Below are positions 59,021 through 64,000 of a DNA stretch of 64,000 nt, one piece after another (position 1 is the first letter of the stretch; the number at the start of each line of letters is the position of its first letter). Under the pieces are notes generated by a model. It saw only the letters and a list, made by a program, of their open reading frames with translations, was not told the origin of the DNA and did not search any database. The stretch is taken from the NCBI GenBank assembly GCA_047495785.1, contig JBLDXI010000042.1:5085464-5149463 (forward strand). The letters are read 5' to 3'. The translations under genes and the position numbers were made by a program. This stretch comes from Lepidodermella squamata. Lineage: Eukaryota > Animalia > Gastrotricha.

Positions 59021-60110
59021 ATGGTGGGTCAGTATAAGAATGATGCCAGGCGAGTTGCATGTCAAGCGAGTTGCGAAGTGTTGCAACACCCCCAATTTAT
59101 CTGGCCAAAGCTTATCTATCCCTTTCAAAAGCTAATAAGAAAAAATATAAGAAAAACCGTCCTTGATTTCGTTGATGTGATCTTACGAAGTGTTGTCAAA
59201 GAATTCAATGGTCTTCCTACCAGTACGCCATCGAGCTTCTTTTCCGCACCACGATAACACCGTGGTCTTGGTCTACCAAAAGCATCTTGGGAAGCGTATT
59301 TACAAATATATAAAATCTGCAGGAAGCTTCTCATCCATAACGAACCGCTTGTGATGGCTTGTAGGAACCTGGAAGGTGAAATGGAGGAATGCCTTGCCAA
59401 AATTGATATCGATTTAGCCTCGGACGGAAACCTCAAATGCAATCTTGAAGAAGAGTTGGATGAAAATGATTGACATGACACAGAGAAGAACCTTCCGCCA
59501 CACGTAAAAGCTATACGCAACAATTTGCGTGAACGAGAATTCCAAGCTTGGTGCAGCCTGGAACAAAAAGGAAAAGGAGTGTCTCAGTTCAAATGTGTGC
59601 CTAAAACAAACAACTGGGTTCTGCGAAGGAATGGCTTGAGTGTAGCAGAGTGGACAATGGCAATTAAGATGTCGACGAATACGGCGGCTCCGGTGAGAGG
59701 GGTGCCAGGTGTCAGTCAGGACGGTACCCAGTGTCGCAGATGCGGCGCTGAGATTGAAACGTCCTCAATTGCCAACTCAATTGCCCACGTCCTCGCCGGC
59801 GCTTGCCCCTTCAACTCGTTGCTGATTACTTCGAGACGTAACAAGATCCGTCTGAAAATTGCCGTGAATTACGTAGCCAAGGCCTCAAAGTGACTGAGGA
59901 AGAACACTGATCGCCAACAATGGTTCAACGCGACGATTCGACATTTTAGCAGTTCAAAAGGGGAGTAGAAATGGATTAATTATCGACCCGGCGATTAGAT
60001 TCGAATCAACTATGAAGACCAGTTTACAGTTGTAGATATGGAAAAGCGCTCAATATATGAACCATGTAGTAACTTTATTTGTGAAGCTTTCAACGCTAAC
60101 AATCAATCCA
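59021..60110 (+). mobile_element. Decayed 3' part of an RLE-type (R2/NeSL-group) non-LTR retrotransposon
   Basis: RT thumb remnant (IWPKLIY..GLPTSTP..RGLGL), CCHC knuckle (CRRC..HVLAGAC) and PD-(D/E)xK-like nuclease (RRFDILA..IIDPAIRFE), interrupted by stops and frameshifts. Confidence 0.8.
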
Positions 60111-60525
60111 AGTGAGTGATCAAAGTGAGTCGGGAAAGTGAGTCTTCGGAACCCCTGAAATCAACCTGGAAACTAAACTATAAAATCAGCCGGAATGCTA
60201 CACCCGGGCTATGTTATGGGGAACTTTGGCAACCCAGGGTGACCAGGTGGTGGAAGGCGGGCGGGTTTCAACGTTAGCAACTAACAGCTGGGAACATATG
60301 GAACCCAGTGAACGGGGAACAAAACATTGTTTCATGTTGTGAATCCCTTGCCACGTGATTTACATGAAAACTGCTATCTGAAGCAGTTACCTGGTTTTCC
60401 ATCACCGCTCACGTGACCTTTCATGCCCCGCTCATATTTAGGTAATTTAGTAATGCGAGTCCTTGATTGATGCTATCCTGTTTTGTTAGATTTCGCAAAT
60501 TTCAAGTCAGGGCGAATTTAAAAAA

Positions 60526-61854
60526 TGCTACGGCGCCGAAATGTTAGGCTGTAACGGGAGGTAATATCTTTCTATCGGAATAAAGTCTCTCGTTCACGGA
60601 ACAAAATGTCTACAATTATCCGAAAGACATTTTAATTCGAAAAATTGTCGAAGTTATCGGAAAGTATCTTTTTTCCGTCGGAACAATGAAGCAAAAAAAA
60701 GATGGCGGCCACGCTTCAGCAATGGCTGCAGCCGGCCTAGTCAAGCTTGGCTAATTTAGTCATAGTAACCAAATTTTCAGATTTTTGAAGCTACGGTGCA
60801 CTCAGTTTTCAATTTAATTAATTCGAGGAAGCTTGGGGACTAGTAATACATTTAAACACGGGGAATCTTTTGCTATTAAAATCGCTCTTATAGGATACCA
60901 CAAGGCTGATCAGTCGCTTACGACCCGAGTTATAAATCTTCTTGCGCTCTGAAGTTTTTTGGCAACACTTTTTTCTTGAGCTGGCAACCGGTTTGCTAGT
61001 CATCGATAGAGCACCTTCAAACATCAAATTAGCTAGTGATGGTTCTTGTTTATTAATTTATCGCCTTTTACGTGTGAAATGTGGGTAAGGGTTAAGGGTG
61101 AATGTGAGATCTTGGCTTCAATTTTGTCATTTTCCGTCGCTTAAAAGACATTTTCAGAGGATATTCAACAGCTTTGATGAAAACTTCGCGACTTTGCTTG
61201 AGGCTGTTCAGCTGGCGACGTGGAAGGCTGAGGTGACCCATTCCGCCGTTATGAAGACATTTTCCTAAGGAGCGAAAAAAAGCCCCGTTTCCATGCGTTG
61301 GCTTTGGCCCACGAGCTAAGATGTGTCGCCATCGGCATCATTCTGATCCTCTAGCGGTTAGAACGATGTCCCAAGCCCGGTCTTCGGCGGTTGTCTGCTT
61401 GGAGCTTCGGAGTATGAGACATCGAACAAGCAGGGACAACTGGGCCTGTTGAGTAACCTGAGTTCGGCGAAGAAGGCAGCTGTATTCTGCGAGGTAGTAG
61501 TGGGTTACAAGTAATACAAGCAAGCGAAGCGCGGGCGGTGTTAAAATCGCGGCAGAAATCCTATTGTTCCTATTGGTCGTGTGACCCGAACCTATTTTCC
61601 AGTTATCGAAGCTGAAGATTAGGCAGTGAAAGCTGTGCCCCTGTTCGTGGTGGCTAGAGGCGTAGTTCATTGTTCCGTCATCGAAAAGACATTATTCGAG
61701 GAAAAAGATATTGATGGGGGAAAATAAGTAATTTCGAGTGAAAAGAGATATTTTTATTATTCCGATAGATTCCGACGGTAGAAGATATTTTGTTCCGCGT
61801 AACAGAGACATTGTTCCGATAGAAACATCTACGGCCTGTAACGGCACCGTAGCA
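60526..61854. mobile_element. Non-autonomous TIR element with TCGGAA/AGACAT subterminal repeats
   Basis: Inverted ends TGCTACGG(C/T)GCCG and mirrored TTTCTATCGGAA..GTCTCT..CGGAACAAAAT blocks. Confidence 0.6.
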
Positions 61855-63063
61855 ATGCCGTAGTTAGGGGAGTAGTAGTAACGGTGCGAGTGCTATCAAA
61901 TTCGACCTGGAAAAGTAATTTTGTGGCGGTTGCCGATTGGACTGCCCAGCGATTTGTGTGATTTTCTATAATTATCATAATAATAATATGATATTCTATA
62001 ATATAATTGTTAAGGTCGCCGATTTATCTCTTATTAATTTAACTGCGATTTTTGCTGTTTTTTAGAGCTAATGCTAGTCATCGTTATTTGCGCACGGCAC
62101 CTCGACGCGTGTGACATGAGCAGAGGTCGGCTGGATTTCGTGAATTTCGAACCACGCAACGACTCAATTTCGCAAATCTAAAACTCGTGAGTTATTTTTA
62201 ATAATTTAGTGTGAACGATCTACCGAAATTTGCCGAAATTCTCGATTTTTAAATCTCCAAAAATTCAATCGAATTCAAATCTTTAAAATGTGCTAATTTT
62301 GTTATATCTAAATCGCCAGTAATTCTTGCCTGTTTTTTTCAGGGGATGCGATGGCCGATCGAACGCAGTTTTGATGCTTCCGTTTTATCGTGACCTACTT
62401 CAAATTTCAAATAAAACGTCACACTGCATTCGGTCTCTTTCGACCTGCTTGAATTTCGCTATTCCACAGAATTTCTGGACTCTTGGCGACTGGCGACTGG
62501 CTCGGCTCGGTTCGGCGACTACACGCGACTCGAAGCGACTCCACCCGTGCGATTTGGCGGTGGGCGCACAGTTGTTCCCGGCCGAATTTGACCTGATTTC
62601 CCGCTGGCGGACATGCTCAACAAATTGACGACAAATTTAACCTTCATTTGATACCTGTAATTTCTCCCAAGTCCGACTTTCGATCCGACTCGGATTACTT
62701 CGCTCAAAAACAAGCGATGTAACTCGAGGTCGGCATTATACAAGTCGCCCTTGGGAGAAATTACTCGGGTTTCGCACGTTACATCGATTTACACCGCGAG
62801 GAAAACAGGCAAAGTAAACCAATGGAAGCGATCCGAAAGACAGCAATAACAGTCATGCAGTCACAAGAATTGTTACTTAAGTCTACATCGCAAAAGACGG
62901 ACGTAACCTGAAGTAAGTAAACCAATGGAAGCGATCCGGAGCCCGGTTCCTGAGAAATTTTGCTATGTAGACTGAAGTATAAGAAAAGAATAAAAAGCAA
63001 TGTAAACTGATGGCACCGGATGTCTATTTTCCCTCGAAATACAGGCGTTTACAGTTTACATCA

Positions 63064-63624
63064 CGTTGGTATCGCGAATAAAAGTGCCAAGTGCATTTTT
63101 CATAATTTTCCAGGAGACGAAAAAAACGTGTTTATTCTAAATTGAGCTGGTATTTTTTCTCATGGCTTGGAACCTGGGGGTATTTCGGGGCGAGAAATGC
63201 GATGGCATGGTTTGTTTCACGTGAAAATTGCTTCCGCGTGAGATAAGGTGTACTTGGCACCTTTATCCAAAATACGCATGCAAAAAACGATGACGTAACA
63301 CTACTTCACACAATGAAATAAATTTCTCACTCGAATTAAATATAATTACTCAATTTTAGATGGTTTCCATCACGAATTCTACGCGTTTTTTATGATTTCA
63401 CGATGAAATTTCGATGCACATCGACTCAGAAGGCTAATGCGATCATTTTGGTGTAAAAATTTTGCAATTCGGGTGAAATTTGCACTTGGCACCTTTGATT
63501 TCCGAAGGGTATTTTGTTAAACGGAGTTCACCATTCGATCGGCCGTATCAACATTAGTAAGAATCCATCATAAAACCTATTTCCGAAAAAATGTCACTTG
63601 GCACTTTTATTCGCGATACCAACG
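63064..63624. mobile_element. Non-autonomous TIR element with 4-bp TSD (Sola1-like)
   Basis: Perfect 30-bp TIR CGTTGGTATCGCGAATAAAAGTGCCAAGTG; TSD ATCA (63060-63063, 63625-63628); internal ACTTGGCAC repeats. Confidence 0.85.
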
Positions 63625-64000
63625 ATCAGGTCAAGTTTTACTTCATTTAACACGGCTTTACATTAGAAATATTTCAGTCCGGGAAATTCGATTTCGAAAA
63701 TTCTTTTCATTCAATCTTAAATAATTGATGCCAAGGACCAATGTGGTGATGAAAGTAGTTGATTTTTCAGCTGCCAGGTTGACCTACTACGTATTCTAGG
63801 CGCAGTGCATTTGATACTCGGAAAGTAACTGGCGTTCTAGTTTATCACGGCCAAATTACAGGAAATCGGGGTCACAAGACCACATAATATAGTCGAAATC
63901 TTCTATGTTTCGAGCAGACCGAAGACCGAAAATTTAAGCTAAGTGATCGCGAAACTTCATCTGGTCTTCCTCTTTTCTTTTCATAAGCAAGTTTGTTTCT

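Noticed and set aside
61880-62420. Possible downstream exons of the PAN/lectin gene
   Set aside because: Acceptor-like sites exist, but no frame yields PAN or CTLD motifs.

Overview
Eukaryotic, most likely invertebrate animal, genomic DNA with short (about 45-60 nt) spliceosomal introns. It falls into five zones. (1) 1-16.8 kb: a transposon-riddled pair of minus-strand NEK-like kinase/ankyrin genes. One is a single kinase-ANK gene (14913-11347). The other is a damaged tandem-kinase gene reading pseudokinase-ANK-kinase-pseudokinase (from 6341 off the left edge). Nested DNA transposons here can be delimited by TIRs and TSDs (Ginger2, P-like, Mutator foldback, Tc1/pogo MITEs, Sola1-like elements with 4-bp TSDs). 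(2) 17.3-32.6 kb: one two-exon orphan gene, then a TE-poor, gene-free 13 kb tract with phased A/T clusters. (3) 32.9-34.9 kb: two paralogous small secreted peptide-precursor genes with recurring Ala-Arg processing-like motifs and a conserved promoter. (4) 35.6-48.7 kb: six head-to-tail ERp44-like thioredoxin-family paralogs, all with non-canonical CxxS sites, different ER-retrieval signals and divergent C-terminal tails. (5) 49-64 kb: a divergent 7TM receptor, a secreted PAN/C-type-lectin gene with PAN domains apparently nested in the lectin domain, and a TE graveyard including a foldback element with tRNA-like Pol III cassettes. The best candidates for undescribed biology are the ERp44 array, the adjacent peptide precursors and the animal tandem kinase-pseudokinase. 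All gene models were built by hand; no database search was run.
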